Shown: positions 39,739 to 54,700, counted from the first letter of the stretch. The stretch is DNA of 64,000 nt from Haliotis rubra (GCF_003918875.1 NW_025766936.1:1054001-1118000), one strand, 5' to 3'. The notes: a model not told the origin generated them from the letters alone. Program-made: numbers and translations.

Positions 39739-42700
39739 TCAGTCGATGAATGTCTGGGTCTGTGACTTGCCACACTTCCACATAGCATTAAGTAGTTTGA
39801 TGAGGCCGGTGTCCTTGGGTTTCTCCAGGCCCCGCATCACACGCTGCTTCATCACTGACACAAACTCCTTGTTACTCAGCTGGCCATCGTCTGGGTGGAA
39901 CAGGAAGGGAGTAAGTATGGTATAATGGTAATTATTGCAATTTTCTAGCAATTTCACACTGAGGGCACAAGAAGTGCGCTTTGCATATTGTGCCTGTAAT
40001 ATCATGCTGGCCCCAAAATGACCTACACCGACAATCAGAAAATTAGGATAGTAGTCCTGTCCAATTCAACAAGGAAATATGTGACTGCTTAATTTTCACA
40101 CATTTAACATTTATTGTCATTACAAATATGTTTAAAAAAAAGAACATAACGGGGAATCAAACATTAACACCTCTATTGTATGGCTGACATATTTTGGCTC
40201 GGCCAAAGCAGATTCAAGTTGTGTGTTCTATAGATAGTTGCCTGTGAAGTGGACTGACAATGTCATAGTGTGATGACAATCAAATACAGGGTCGCGGCAC
40301 TGACTTGTCATAACACGTTCAGTTACTTTTATCAATACATCTGTATCTTAAAATATATGCTCTCATACAAGTACGTAAATGTCCGCTTGTGTTTCTCATG
40401 CTCACAAGAATATGACCTCTTTACTTAACTAGTGCATTAGAACGTAGTTACTTGTACAGAGAGACATAGCTGTACAGGACTATAGTGAATAGCCTTGGGT
40501 AAAGTAGACATTGACTTCTTACTGTTTTCATCGAAAAGTGTGAAGACAACATCGATGACGTGATCGGACAGCTCAACATGGGCCACGGTGCGGGCAACAT
40601 GGCGAAATGTCTCTGAAAATGACAGAAATCAACATATATCTCATGTATTTCACAGACATTTGTCTCTTAATGCTGTACTCCTGACGGTGCTCTGTATATA
40701 CTGGAGCAGACAATCCAGTGATTGATATTATGAGTAATGATCCCCAATCTGGGTACAATGACATGCAATCAAGTCACTGATCAACCAACCCTTTACAATC
40801 ACTTCTAACAACCTGCGGGGAGGTGGGGTAGCCTAGTGGTTAAAGCGTTCGCTCGTCACACAGAAGATCCAGGTTCGATTCCCCGCGTGGGTATAATGTG
40901 TTAAGCCCATTTCTGGTGTCCCCCGCCGTGATATTGCTGGAATATTGCTAAAAGCGGCATAAAACTAAACTCACTCACTCACTCCAACAACCTGTACAGG
41001 CTACCAGTTCTAGTGAGTGAGTGAATGAGTGAGTATGGCTAGGCTACCACTAGGCTACACAGGCCCTCGTGTCTTTGTGAAGATTAAAGATGTTAAGAAA
41101 ACATAAAACATTTGAGATGAGATAAAGGTACACCGAAGTGCCCGGCCCTGTCATAATGTATAGTATTGTGTAGCATTTCGAGTCGGGGGTCAACTGAAAA
41201 AATATCTTTAATCTTCGCAAAGACTGTGCTAGGCTACCCAAAAGCCCTGCTACCAGTTCTAACACAGATCCCCACTGTTTACTTCATGGATGGAAAATAT
41301 GAATATACTTAGAAAACACCCTGATCAGATGAGAAACAAAGATAGATGTGTTTCAGTCTGACACAACAGGGCTGCAACTGGATTGAGCAGTGGACATCTA
41401 CAGTGTAAATAACAGTAGAATACCAATAAATACACCTACAATAATTAGAGGTTTCAAATAGATTTGATAAATGTAAAAAGTGGAAGGTGTGCTGATAAGT
41501 ACAATCATGGATAAAAGATTTTACCATGAATTTGTGAAATACTCAATTCTGATTAATCTTTGTGGCGTTCTAAAGGAGACAAACATCTTCAATGAAGAGC
41601 CATACAACCTTTAGATTCAACCATGATGAATATAACATCCTAATTGTATTTAACATAATTAAATCTACAGATACACTGAAAATTTTGTTCCTCATTGATA
41701 CCCCTCAAGCATCAGTCAGAATGCAGTAAACTAAATATTCCATGGCAAACTGGAAGATACATACCCATATCAATGGAGACACCCGCAAGGTGGTAGAAGC
41801 TGAGGGCGGTGTCCACGTCGTTGATGCTCTTCAGGAACAGCCAGAACGCTGTATACTCACTAAATCCAATACCCTGAAACAGCCAGATCACTGTTTACTT
41901 AATAAATGTGATACTACAAATCAGCCGGAATGCTGTGCACTTACTAAATCCTGTACCCTGAAACAGCCAAAAGGCCGTGTACTGACTACTCCCAATACCT
42001 GGGAACAACCAGAAGGCCTTGTACTGACTACTCCCAATACCTGGGAACAACCAGAAGGCCTTGTACTGACTACACCCAATACCTGGGAACAACCAGAAGG
42101 CCTTGTACTGACTACACCCAATACCCAGGAACAGCCAGAAGGCCTTGTACTGACTACACCCAATACCTGGGAACAACCAGAAGGCCTTGTACTGACTACA
42201 CCCAATACCCTGAAACAGCCAAAAGGCCGTGTACTGACTACACCCAATACCTGGGAACAACCAGAAGGCCTTGTACTGACTACACCCAATACCCAGGAAC
42301 AACCAGAAGGCCTTGTACTGACTACACCCAATACCCAGGAACAGCCAGAAGGCCTTGTACTAACTACACTCAATACCTGGGAACAACCAGAAGGCCTTGT
42401 ACTGACTACACCCAATACCTGGGAACAACCAGAAGGCCTTGTACTGACTACACCCAATACCTGGGAACAACCAGAAGGCCTTGTACTGACTACACCCAAT
42501 ACCTGGGAACTGCCAGAAGGCCTTGTACTGACTACACCCAATACCTGGGAACAGCCAGAAGGCTGTGTACTGACTACACCCAATACCCAGGAACAGCCAG
42601 AAGGCCTTGTACTGACTACACCCAATACCTGGGAACAGCCAGAAGGCCGTGTACTGACTACACCCGATACCCAGGAACAGCCAGAAGGCCGTGTACTGAC

Positions 42701-45700
42701 TACACCCAATACCTGGGAACTGCCAGAAGGCCTTGTACTGACTACACCCAATACCCAGGAACAGCCGGGAGGCCTTGTACTGACTACACCCAATACCTGG
42801 GAACAGCCAGAAGGCCTTGTACTGACTACACCCAATACCCAGGAATAGCCAGAAGGCCGTGTACTGACTACACCCAATACCTGGGAACAACCAGGCCGTG
42901 TACTGACTACACCCAATACCCAGGAACAACCAGAAGGCCGTGTACTGACTACACCCAATACCCAGGAACAGCCAGAAGGCCGTGTACTGATTACACTCAA
43001 TACCTGGAAACAGCCAGAAGGCCGTGTACTGACTACACTCAATACCCAGGAACAGTCAGAAGGCCATGTACTGACTACACTCAATACCCAGGTACAACCA
43101 GAAAGCCTTGTACTGACTACACCCAATACCCAGGAACAGCCAGGAGGCCTTGTACTGACTACACCCAATACCTGGGAACAACCAGGCCGTGTACTGACTA
43201 CACCCAATACCCAGGAACAACCAGAAGGCCTTGTACTGACTACACCCAATACCCAGGAACAGCCAGAAGGCCGTGTACTGATTACACTCAATACCTGGGA
43301 ACAGCCAGAAGGCCGTGTACTGACTACACTCAATACCCAGGAACAGTCAGAAGGCCGTGTACTGACTACACTCAATACCCAGGTACAACCAGAAAGCCTT
43401 GTACTGACTACACCCAATACCCAGGAACAGCCAGGAGGCCTTGTACTGACTACACCCAATACCTGGGAACAGCCAGAAGGCCTTGTACTGACTACACCCA
43501 ATACCCAGGAACAACCAGAAGGCCTTGTACTGACTACACCCAATACCCAGGAACAGCCAGAAGGCCGTGTACTGATTACACTCAATACCTTGGAACAGCC
43601 AGAAGGCTGTGTACTGACTACACTCAATACCTGGGAACTGCCAGAAGGCCGTGTACTGACTACACCCAATACCTGGGAACTGCCAGAAGGCCGTGTACTG
43701 ACTACACCCAATACCCAGGAACAGCCAGAAGGCCTTGTACTGACTACACCCAATACCAAAGAACAGCCAGAAGGCTGTGTACTGACTACACCCAATACCA
43801 AAGAACAGCCAGAATGCCTTGTACTGACTACACCCAATACCCAGTAACTGCCAGAATGCCATATACTGACTACACCCCATACCCAGGAACAACCAGAAGG
43901 CTGTGTACTGACTACACTCAATACCCAGGTACAACCTGAAGGCCGTGTACTGACTACACCCCATACCCAGGAACAGCCAGAAGGCCTTGTACTGACTACA
44001 CTCAATACCCAGGTACAACCAGAAGGCCTTGTACTGACTACACCCAATACCTGGCAACAGCCAGAAGGCCTTGTACTGACTACACCCAATACCCAGGAAC
44101 AACCAGAAGGCCGTGTACTGACTACACTCAATACCCAGGTACAACCAGAAGGCCGTGTACTGACTACACCCAATACCTGGCAACAGCCAGAAGGCCGTGT
44201 ACTGACTACACTCAATACCCAGGAACAGCCAGAAGGCCTTGTACTGACTACACCCAATACCTGGGAACAACCAGAAGGCCGTGTACTGACTACACCCCAT
44301 ACCCAGGAACAGCCAGAAGGCCTTGTACTGACTACACCCAATACCAAAGAACAGCCAGAAGGCTGTGTACTGACTACACCCAATACCAAGGTACAACCAG
44401 AAGGCTGTGTACTGACTACACCCAATACCTGGGAACTGCCAGAAGGCTGTGTACTGACTACACCCAATACCTGGGAACTGCCAGAAGGCCGTGTACTGAC
44501 TACACCCAATACCCAGGAACAGCCAGAAGGCCTTGTACTGACTACACCCAATACCAAAGAACAGCCAGAAGGCTGTGTACTGACTACACCCAATACCAAA
44601 GAACAGCCAGAATGCCTTGTACTGACTACACCCAATACCCAGTAACTGCCAGAATGCCATATACTGACTACACCCCATACCCAGGAACAACCAGAAAGCC
44701 TTGTACTGACTACACCCAATACCCTGAAACAACCAAACACTGTGTACTTAAATTCCTCCCCACCACCAAGATTAAATGAACAGGTCAAACCCAACCACAA
44801 GGGTTCCCATTACTCACCCTTGGGTTTTCCTTGAACTTCTTCTTCACTCTCTTCAACATGCGTAGTTTTTTCTTCTCTGGCATTCCAGCATATGTGATGA
44901 GGACATTGCCGAAGTCTTTCTCTGATATCGTGTCATCATCCTGCTTGTAGCGATTGAACTGAAACAGTCATTTAAGGAGCCTCATGACATCAAAATGAAC
45001 AGTACATGGAACACAATTGCCTTGCCTTCAAATGTATAATCGCCATTCAATGCATTCCTGTCAAATTATCCATCATTATTTAAATCCATAACAAGGACAG
45101 GGGAGACAACCTACCTCTATCTTGAGGATCTCTGTCTGGAGCTGTCTCTGGAAGTCAAGGAAACCTTGCACAGTCAACTTTTTCTTGCTGTCCACACCAA
45201 AGAAGTAGGTGAGGAGTGAAGAACTCATGCCCTTGTTGACACTGCCAGTGTTGGCATGGTCTCGGTGCCGCATCCCGATCGATGTCTGACTCTGTACCAC
45301 ATCGTGTACCTGCACACACACAGAGGGGCAAATACAATATACCCACAGTAGCCCCAGGATACATTTGTCAGTTTATCACAATGTTTAATTACTGGCCCTT
45401 GATTTGCTGTACCAACCAAGGATACACCAACACATGGGAATGGGCAAGGGAGGCAACTCATATTCCCTACAAACCATAGAAACAGCTAGTTTCAGAGGGC
45501 TTGCTTCGACCATCCTCCCCCCTGTGTTTTGAGCACAGATATCGTCATCCATTTGTGTCAAGATCGTTTAGTTGAGAGTCAAAATCGGGTTTCAATTGAC
45601 TTGCAGAAATAACAATAAAGAATTGGTAGGTTTCATGATAGGTGATCAATAGGCCTATCATCCATGATTATGTTCACATTAAGCTTTAATTGATTGCATG

Positions 45701-48700
45701 CGACGGTAGCGTAGCGATCGGCAAAGCAGGCGGGTGGGGTATACCGAAGTGTCCGGCCTTGTCATAATGTATCGTACTGTGAAGCATTTCGAGTCGGGGG
45801 TCATCTCAAATGTTTTACATTTTTTTTAACATCTTTAATCCTCGCAAAGACACGAGGGCCTGTGGTTTCAAAGGACATAAAGACATTCATTTTCTCTTAG
45901 AAGCTCAAACTGGGGCAGGTTTGTAACTTGCTTTCTGATCGGTATGCTGGACCCAGCAATATAACCAATCAAAGTGGCAGATGGAAATCAAGGGCAGACA
46001 ATTTGAGATTGTGTGAGAACCACGGGAATGGATCCAGGTTTTCATGCAGATGTACCAAAATGTTTGCCCTGGAGATATAGTTGATAGTATACCGTCTCAA
46101 CATGAACCCTTCCCTTAAAACCCTTCAGAGCTGAGAGGAAACGTGGGATTTCCCTGTAATGTGTCTTCAGATGGTGACTCTTGTAACAGCTAGCATTGTT
46201 ACTGGGCCATAACAGGAACCCCATCCGTATATTGTAGTCAACATGTGCTACGGTTTTTTGTGTTTGGTGCAGATTGGTCTGTTGTTCAGTCATTGGAGAG
46301 TTGCGACGTTTGTTCCTAAGTAACCTACCTACAAACACATTATCTTTTCTTAAATTATGAGCAGAAGTATACAGTAATCGATGACATTGAAATGATAGTC
46401 TGACCACCTTACCTTCTGGAATTCTGTGTATTCAACTTCCCCGTCACCATTTAGGTCAAACATTCGAAATCCAATCTCAAAGTTGCGAGGAGGTGCTATA
46501 AATAGATGTACCACACTGAAAATACTGTGAATCCAAACAAGCTCTTAGTAACAAGGCAAGTATACACAGAGCAATGTCAACAGTTTAACAATCGAGATGG
46601 TCACCTCGAGATGGTGGCTATCCAATAAGATGGCAGACCACCACACAAAATAGTTGACCTACAAACAAGATAGCTGAGTAATGGATAAGATAGATGACAA
46701 ATAGACAAGATGGCTGACTAATGGTCGACTGGTTTGTTGTTTTAAGCCACATTCAGCAATTATCCATCTATATGGCGACAGTCCGTAAATAATCGAGTCT
46801 GGACCAAACAACCCAGTGATCAACAGCATGAGTTGCAATCTACACACTTGGGATACGATGACATATGTCGGCCAAGTCAGTGAGCCTGACCACCCGATCC
46901 CAATACTCGCCTCTTACGACAAGCATGGGTTGCTCAAGACCAATTCTAATCCGGATCTTCCCAGGTTGGATGACTAATGGACAAGATGGACGGCAAAGAC
47001 AAGATGGATGACTTACTTGACAACACTGTGAGGAGGAAGATATAGTCAGAGAAGGAGATGAGGCCTGTCTGCCCCAGCCTGTAGAAGATGCTGTCGTGAC
47101 TCACTTCACACATGTCATCTAACTTCTCCCGCTGTAACATGTCACCACCAGGTTTTCAGTTAATGTGCGTCTGCTGCCCTCACTTTGACTACACTAGTAC
47201 ACTAATGCTAGCAGAACCTGCTGCCCAGAAACTATGGGAATGATGGACGCCAAATGAACAATGGTGTCTACATGTCCAATCATTGAACAAATGCTAAAAA
47301 ATATTATTGATGATTTCTTTAAGCAGTGAAACTAAACTGATAATTGTTCTATGCTAAACATGCTAATATGGTTAAATGTTGTCTTCAAAGCACTTAAAGT
47401 ATGACAATGTTAAACTGTTATCTGACATTATTACAACACAAAAATATAATATTAACTCCTTTTTTTTAAAAAAGCTAGAAGTAAATAATTGATCATTGAG
47501 CATAAATATTACTGTTATGCTGTTAAGAAGGTCAGTCAAATGTAATAATGGACAGCAGGGATCCGGAATCAAGCTTGTCTGATGAGCGACAAACCACACC
47601 ATCTACTACAACAATACACGTCGCCATCACTACACCTCAGCAGACAAGGCTGACTCGGGTCCCTGCCTGTCATTGGGGGGTCAGTTTCTCTCATCAAGCT
47701 CATCATATATACTGAACAAAAAAATTACAGATCATGAATATGTTTTGGATGATTTTTGTAGTAAAGACCAAGCAGACAATTTCATAAAAGTCCCAACGAT
47801 GTTTATGATCCTGACATGTTTTTGTTAAGTGTACACGACAAATTTTAATATAGCATCTACATAACAGAAGATGAACAGTTTCTATGGACACTAAATGGAC
47901 ACAACTGTTTCCGTGTCATCAATATAACAAAGTCACACAGTGGAAATGTCCAAAACGAAAGATATTAGTTTCAAAACACAATAATATGACTGAAAAAAGA
48001 ACTTAAAAAACTACAACACCACATCTAGACTAATAATTCAGTCAAAATAAACACATTACACACACTAAATGAGCACAGGAAAGACTTGTAACTGTTCCAG
48101 TGACAGAAATGAAAACACAAAGATTGTAAAGAGAAAATACGGGGGATGAGGTCGCCATTTTGAATACTCTCTAAATGATGTGTTTCACGATTCTTCGAAG
48201 TTGCACAAACGCTCCTCTACCAAATCAGGTAAACTTCACTGAGTACTAGGATTCAGATAGGAGCACACGCTTCACTGAAGACCATTCTACACCCTTTATT
48301 GCTCAAAAAGAAAGTTACAGGAAAATAATTTCAGTCTGGTAAACAGATAATTAACAGTAATTTCATGCATAATTGTTAGAGCCATGGGAACCACAACATA
48401 TTTTCCCATGAAATGACTTATTGAGAATTAACAGTATCAAGATGGCCGTTCCTCATGCCCAGCTTCCCGCAACACAACAGAACAGGAACATGTTTAGAAG
48501 CCCTACTTCGGTTCGGAAGGGGTATTGTACCCTTGTACCCTTGTACCTTGTAAGTCACTTGTGGAGGTTTGGGAGGGATATTGTACCCTTGTACCTTGTA
48601 AGTCACTTGTGGAGGTTTGGGAGGGGTATTGTACCCTTGTACCTTGTAAGTCACTTGTGGAGGTTTGGAAGGGATATTGTACCCTTGTACCTTGTAAGTC

Positions 48701-51700
48701 ACTTGTGGAGGTTTGGGAGGGATATTGTACCCTTGTACCTTGTAAGTCACTTGTGGAGGTTTGGGAGGGGTATTGTACCCTTGTACCTTGTAAGTCACTT
48801 GTGGAGGTTTGGAAGGGATATTGTACCCTTGTACCTTGTAAGTCACTTGTGGAGGTTTGGGAGGGATATTGTACCCTTGTACCTTGTAAGTCACTTGTGG
48901 AGGTTTTGGGAGGGTATTGTACCCTTGTACCTTGTAAGTCACTTGTGGAGGTTTGGGAGGGATATTGTACCCTTGTACCTTGTAAGTCACTTGTTGAGGT
49001 TTGGGAGGGATATTGTACCCTTGTACCTTGTAAGTCACTTGTGGAGGTTTGGGAGGGGTATTGTACCCTTGTACCTTGTAAGTCACTTGTGGAGGTTTGG
49101 GAGGGGTATTGTACCCTTGTACCTTGTAAGTCACTTGTGGAGGTTTGGGAGGGGTATTGTACCCTTGTACCTTGTAAGTCACTTGTGGAGGTTTGGGAGG
49201 GATATTGTACCCTTGTACCTTGTAAGTCATTTGTGGAGGTTTGGGAGGGGTATTGAACCCTTGTACCTTGTAAGTCACTTGTGGAGGTCACTTCTTGCTA
49301 TAACTGTTACCGATCGATCATCAATTTAGGTACTGTCAACTGGAGCAACTAATTTGCAAATAGCATGATACACTATCTCTACATCAAGAGTAAATGATCT
49401 CTGAACTCAACCGAAGACCTGAAAATCCTCTGTCCATAATCCTCTGTTTGTTCAGTGTGAGCTGATATATTTCAATATGACAGATACACCATGCTGCTAC
49501 AATGTGTAGAACAAAGCACTGATGAAACTCAAGTGAATCAAAGCAGTTGTTGTTAACAGTGACTGCTGGTACACAAAAAGTTACCTCAGTTTGACATATA
49601 AACTCATAATAAAATGACTGAATCATCTTAAATCTAATATATCTAAATTTACAGTAAGCAGGTACTTTTCTTAACTTCTGTAGCTCAGCACAATGTTACA
49701 GTCACATGTGTGGGCTAATGGTGCTACGTCAGATGCATGTGCCGAGTGTATATATCTGATATTGCACCTTCAGGCAGGGAATATGCAGTGGTGAGGGTTG
49801 AAAGATATGTTTATACACTTGTTACTAGTTGTGAAGCTTAATGATTGTGATCAAATCAGTCAAGTGTTTTTAAGGATAATACAAAATGGGTATAAAGATG
49901 CTACTATTGTATCCAACATGGCATAAAAACTAGCACAGCTACTTCCAAAGCTGGTTGCATTCTCACAAACATATCCAAGCATCTACAGTATGTATCATAT
50001 ATCAGAAGTCAAAAGGTGCATTTCAATACATGTATAACACTGGGGAACAAAGGGTTTCTGTACAACACAATAGCTGTGGTTAAAGATGGTGAATGTGCCA
50101 CACGTAAAGATGGCAGACGACAGCGCCATGCGGCGTTCACGCAGACAGGCTGCTGTAAACCAGGCCATAGAGTCTCATATGCACAGTCTGACAGGTAGGC
50201 AAACAGACATACAGATAGGCAGTCTGACAGATAGGCAGATAGGCAGTCTGACAGATAGGCAAACAGACATACAGATAGGCAGTCTGACAGATAGGCAAAC
50301 AGACATACAGATAGGCAGTCTGATAGATAGGCAGACTGACAGGTGAGCAGACAGCAGATGATGGTGACTCAGCATAAGGGTATAGTCAGCAAATCTTTAA
50401 GATGAAAGACTGCCTGGAAAATTGGGCTGCTTCCCTTGGTCAGATTCCCACAATGACAAAAACAATGCATGTAGAGAACCTGGTTATTAAATAGTATGAC
50501 AGCATGAAAAGGTTGAGTCAAGATTGAGAAAGTAATTATTATTGGTGACGGAACAGCAACAATGACGTTCCATTATGGTGATGTCACCTGGCATGGTCTA
50601 ATTAGGTATACATCCCTGAAACAGCATCTGGCCTTATGTAACTATGGCAACCTGAAGCACTGTATACCATGGAAACATACATCATTCAGCTGCACCAAGA
50701 GGGTCAGGTGTGGACATTCTCCAGCTGCCAGCACTCTCCCTGCAGGGAGGCCATCACAAGTTGCACACACTGTCTCCAGCTGGGGAACAAAAACATCCAG
50801 GTCGGTCTTCAGTGGAAGCTCCTATTGGGCCCAACGTATATATTGTTTGGTTGGTTAGGGTTATGCCAACAGGAAGAGGTGAAACCAAGACGGGTTTGAA
50901 AAACACACCTGACATACTACTGTCCAGGACAACATAGTCGTGGTGTCCGTGAATACATTAAGGCATACTCAGAGACATAAACAGGGGTGATGCCTGCAAT
51001 GTATGTCCAGACGGAGGGTAAACGCTTCCTGTGCACATATTGCTCTAAGGGGTTGTGAAACCACGAGTCACCCCCTCAAAATGTCACGTGATACACGAGT
51101 GTCATTCAATAAGGGTTTTGTAGAACGGAACTACTGTCAATCAGTGTGCCCATCATCACCATTACATAGATATCGTGTGACATAACTCAGCACACTGTTG
51201 GATACACCTTGCAGCATGTATGGGAGTAGTGCCTGGCTCCTTGCACAGGTGTGACCCAGCCATGTTTGCTGGTCCAGTAATAAGAAACAGGTTGCCATCC
51301 CTTGGTGGTGTATCAGTTACTGAGCCAGCTGTCAGCTAATTAGCTGATCCGTTTTACTACAGACAATAAAATGGGGACAACTAACACCAGCAAGAAAAAA
51401 GTCACTATTCGAAAAATTGAGGCAAAAACAATGACAATAAATATCAAATATCACTACTACGATTGAGAAAGATGGAGAAAATGGAAAAACAGGCAAGAAA
51501 CATGATTGTCCAAGTTGAAAAGTGTAAACATGCATAAAGACATTTCAATTTCTCTTACAGTTGCCATTCAAAGTAGGACTGAGAAAATGAGCCAACTACA
51601 ACAAGGAGCCATTCCCTACCACTCGGTGCCCTCTAAGACCTGTGACTTGATGCTCTATATGACAGCGGGAGAACCTTGCGAATATCCTGACGTTAAATAT

Positions 51701-54700
51701 ACCTGCGAGTCACAGCATCATTCATTCATATCCAGCAGTCAGGAGCTTACTATACAAAAGCCAGTTGTCTTCTAACATGCAGGACTGATTCTAGAATAAG
51801 CAGACCCATAGCCAGCTGAAGGTTCTGTCCTCTTGACATTAACTACTTTACTGAGATCAAACTGTTATATTTTCACACATACTTGATGGCTCCACTAACA
51901 GGCAGCCAAGCAAATTAGATTCATGTTCTTCAAATGGACTTTATGATAACCTCTTATGCAGAGAGACAATAATAAGTTACACCAGTGGTATTAACACGTC
52001 TCCTCCTACTGTGCAAGCCTGCTGGTGATAACGTTAACCCTAGTCCACAAATATGGGTTCATGGAGGCTTTGTGGAAAGGTTGGAGTAACTACAGGGTCA
52101 TGTAGCGCCATAGAAAGTATTCACAATCACGTTTGATGCTGTGTAGAACATGACCATCTGCCTTAGTACTGATCTATCTATAGTATGTATACAGTATGCC
52201 AGAAGTTTCTTTCATGTTTATTCTCCCGCTTATTAATAATATTCCCGCCTCATTACAAAAGGGCCAGACAGACCTGTGACTACAGAAAAGAGCCACATCC
52301 TATGCCGGTCAGTGAGTCTAACCACCAGATCCCCACAGTGGCTGCACAGGATCAGCACAGGATCAGCATAGGTAACAGGGAACCAGTACTTACTTAGAAC
52401 CCTACCTGGATCAGTAACACAGGACATCTGAGACCAGGTCACTACAAAGACTCTGAATCAGCTGACCTGCCTTTACTTAGACGAGCCCCGTCTCCCCATC
52501 TCTACTGCTTCATGTACTACACAGTACACATGTACTACACACAGCGTTTGTTTGCTATACAACCCCAACATCAAGCTTGCCAGAAGAGTATCAAAGTCGT
52601 TTTGTATTTGAGCTGCTTCTTCAGTAAATATTCAGTAAATGTACCTGTTGTGAATAATCTAAATTTTGAATCTAACAATTGAATAGGGGCAGTATTTCCT
52701 GTAGAAGCAATATCCTAGAACTAAAGTCCTGGTTGTCACAACATACAGAAGTAAGTAGTCAAGGTTCATTAACAATAACAAATTTGTTTCAGTCACAAGA
52801 TTTTATCAATCAATAAAACCATCTGAATAAAATTTGAAAACTAGTATTCAACTCAACTTAAAACTAAAACACAGGAAGGGGGCATAACAGGCCATATCAA
52901 CCTAAGAATGGAGAAATACGTAGAAATTGTTCTAAAGAAATGCACTGCCATGCAGAAAGGAGAGAGACACTCTAGAAATGTTAGTAGGGCATCAGCAGCA
53001 GCAGCAAAGGAGAGGAAGAGGCGCACTCACCATCTCAAACAGGTTATCCTTCTACGTTCAATACAAAAACAGCCATTCATTAGATGCGTATCTTATACTA
53101 CACAAATACATATCAGCAGTTAGGCGGGGGAAGCCGCTTTCAACAGTATTTCAGTTACAAGCTGTCAGTTTGTGTGGGAGACAAAGGTGATGCAGGCCCT
53201 AGTCAATTACCACGTTGGTGCATCTCACAGGCATGGTACTGACTGACCTGGATCTGGCCTGCTAGCTAAGGGAACTAACTCTGTATAGTCAGTGAATCTA
53301 CAGATCACTTTCATCACCTTCCATTGACATTACACGTTATTAATTTTTGCAATAAATCTATTCACTGAACCGTCATTCTTGAAAAAAACCCATAGCATAG
53401 TGTTTGTTTTTTAAATTAAACTTGACTGCCACTTCTAAACAGATTCCCTAAGCTACTAAAACTGGTCATTTCAGGACAAGGAAACAATGGGTGTGACACA
53501 ATGGGTGAATTGACAATAAAAACATAGCATACATTTCCTTCTCTACTGGTAGTCTGGCTCTGGAACAAAAACATCATATTTATTGTGCTCGTGACCATAG
53601 TTGCCATGTTTAAGTGTGCATGTACATGATTCCTTCACTGTTACCACGTTTCAATGACTCCCCAATCATCCAGTGCATTACGTCTCCAGTCCATTCATGT
53701 TAATTTTGAGAAAAATTTAATGAGCTTCAGATAACTGTACATCAAATTACAGATATCAGCAAAATATTCTGAGCTCATGTATAAAACAGATAAAGTTGGA
53801 ATTTTACTACCGAGCTGCTGACAAATTGTGAATAATCATATAGAATGGAGATATAAAACACTTAATATCAAGGGTGATGTAAATGTTATTTCTTCCCCAT
53901 TTATCAGAATGACCAGAAGATGCTTTGCTAACCAGTATTAAACTCAGAGAGTAAGAAAATTGAGATTTCCCGATGACAGAAAAGCTTGAAGCCTCCCTGT
54001 AGCCGAGATGGTGCACGTTCCCCTTCATCATTACATCATTAGTTCTACATGAACATCTCTACGGTTAGATCCAGGACTAATCAATGGTTTACACAACATG
54101 TAAGAGGCTGCTTTCATTATTTGGTTTATAGATAAAAAGCAAATCCACTGGGTCCGCAATTGCAAAATAAATACAAATTTAAAAATATTCAAATGATTCT
54201 CAGGGTTTTTTGGAAAGCAAAATCAAAAGGGCTTTATCTCCAGTCCTGTATCAAACTAACTTGGGAGAGTGTGCTATCAACAGTTTTCAAAAATCTGAAC
54301 ATCAGGTTAAATTCAGATTAATTTGAAATAAATCTAGAAATATTTAAATTTTGCAAAATGTTGGTAGATCTATAAACCAATCACAAAAAAGCTTTGCCTC
54401 CTTTTACTTTAAGTAATATATTGTTATTAATTACAATATGCAGCCACTGTCTTGTTCCACAAAGCATATCAGCATACTGCATACACAGCACACTGTAGCT
54501 TCGTATGTTACCATCCCGTGCAGGCCTCACATACCACAGGCACTTAGTGATCAGTTCAGATATACTCTAGAAAATCATTCACTTGTGTTCATGTTCTCAT
54601 TTTGTGAATAAACAATCATAGAAACAGCTTTACCAATTATCTAAATACATGCCAGTCATATTATGAAACTAGAAACAGCTTTACCCAATATCTAAATACA

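Noticed and set aside
38795-40985. tRNA genes at the A/B-box sequences (also near 6220, 8760, 35960 and 56150)
   Set aside because: They continue into shared non-tRNA bodies with simple-repeat tails and TSDs, so they are SINE heads.
41742-44800. Long ORFs (959, 461 and 368 aa) suggesting a repeat protein
   Set aside because: They come from a 42-bp (3n) intronic minisatellite, are open in several frames on both strands, and have no gene context.
48418-49329. Extensin- or adhesive-like ORF ([16 protein letters not shown])n, reminiscent of mussel foot proteins
   Set aside because: 48-bp minisatellite open in four frames, no signal peptide, inside a MICU1 intron.
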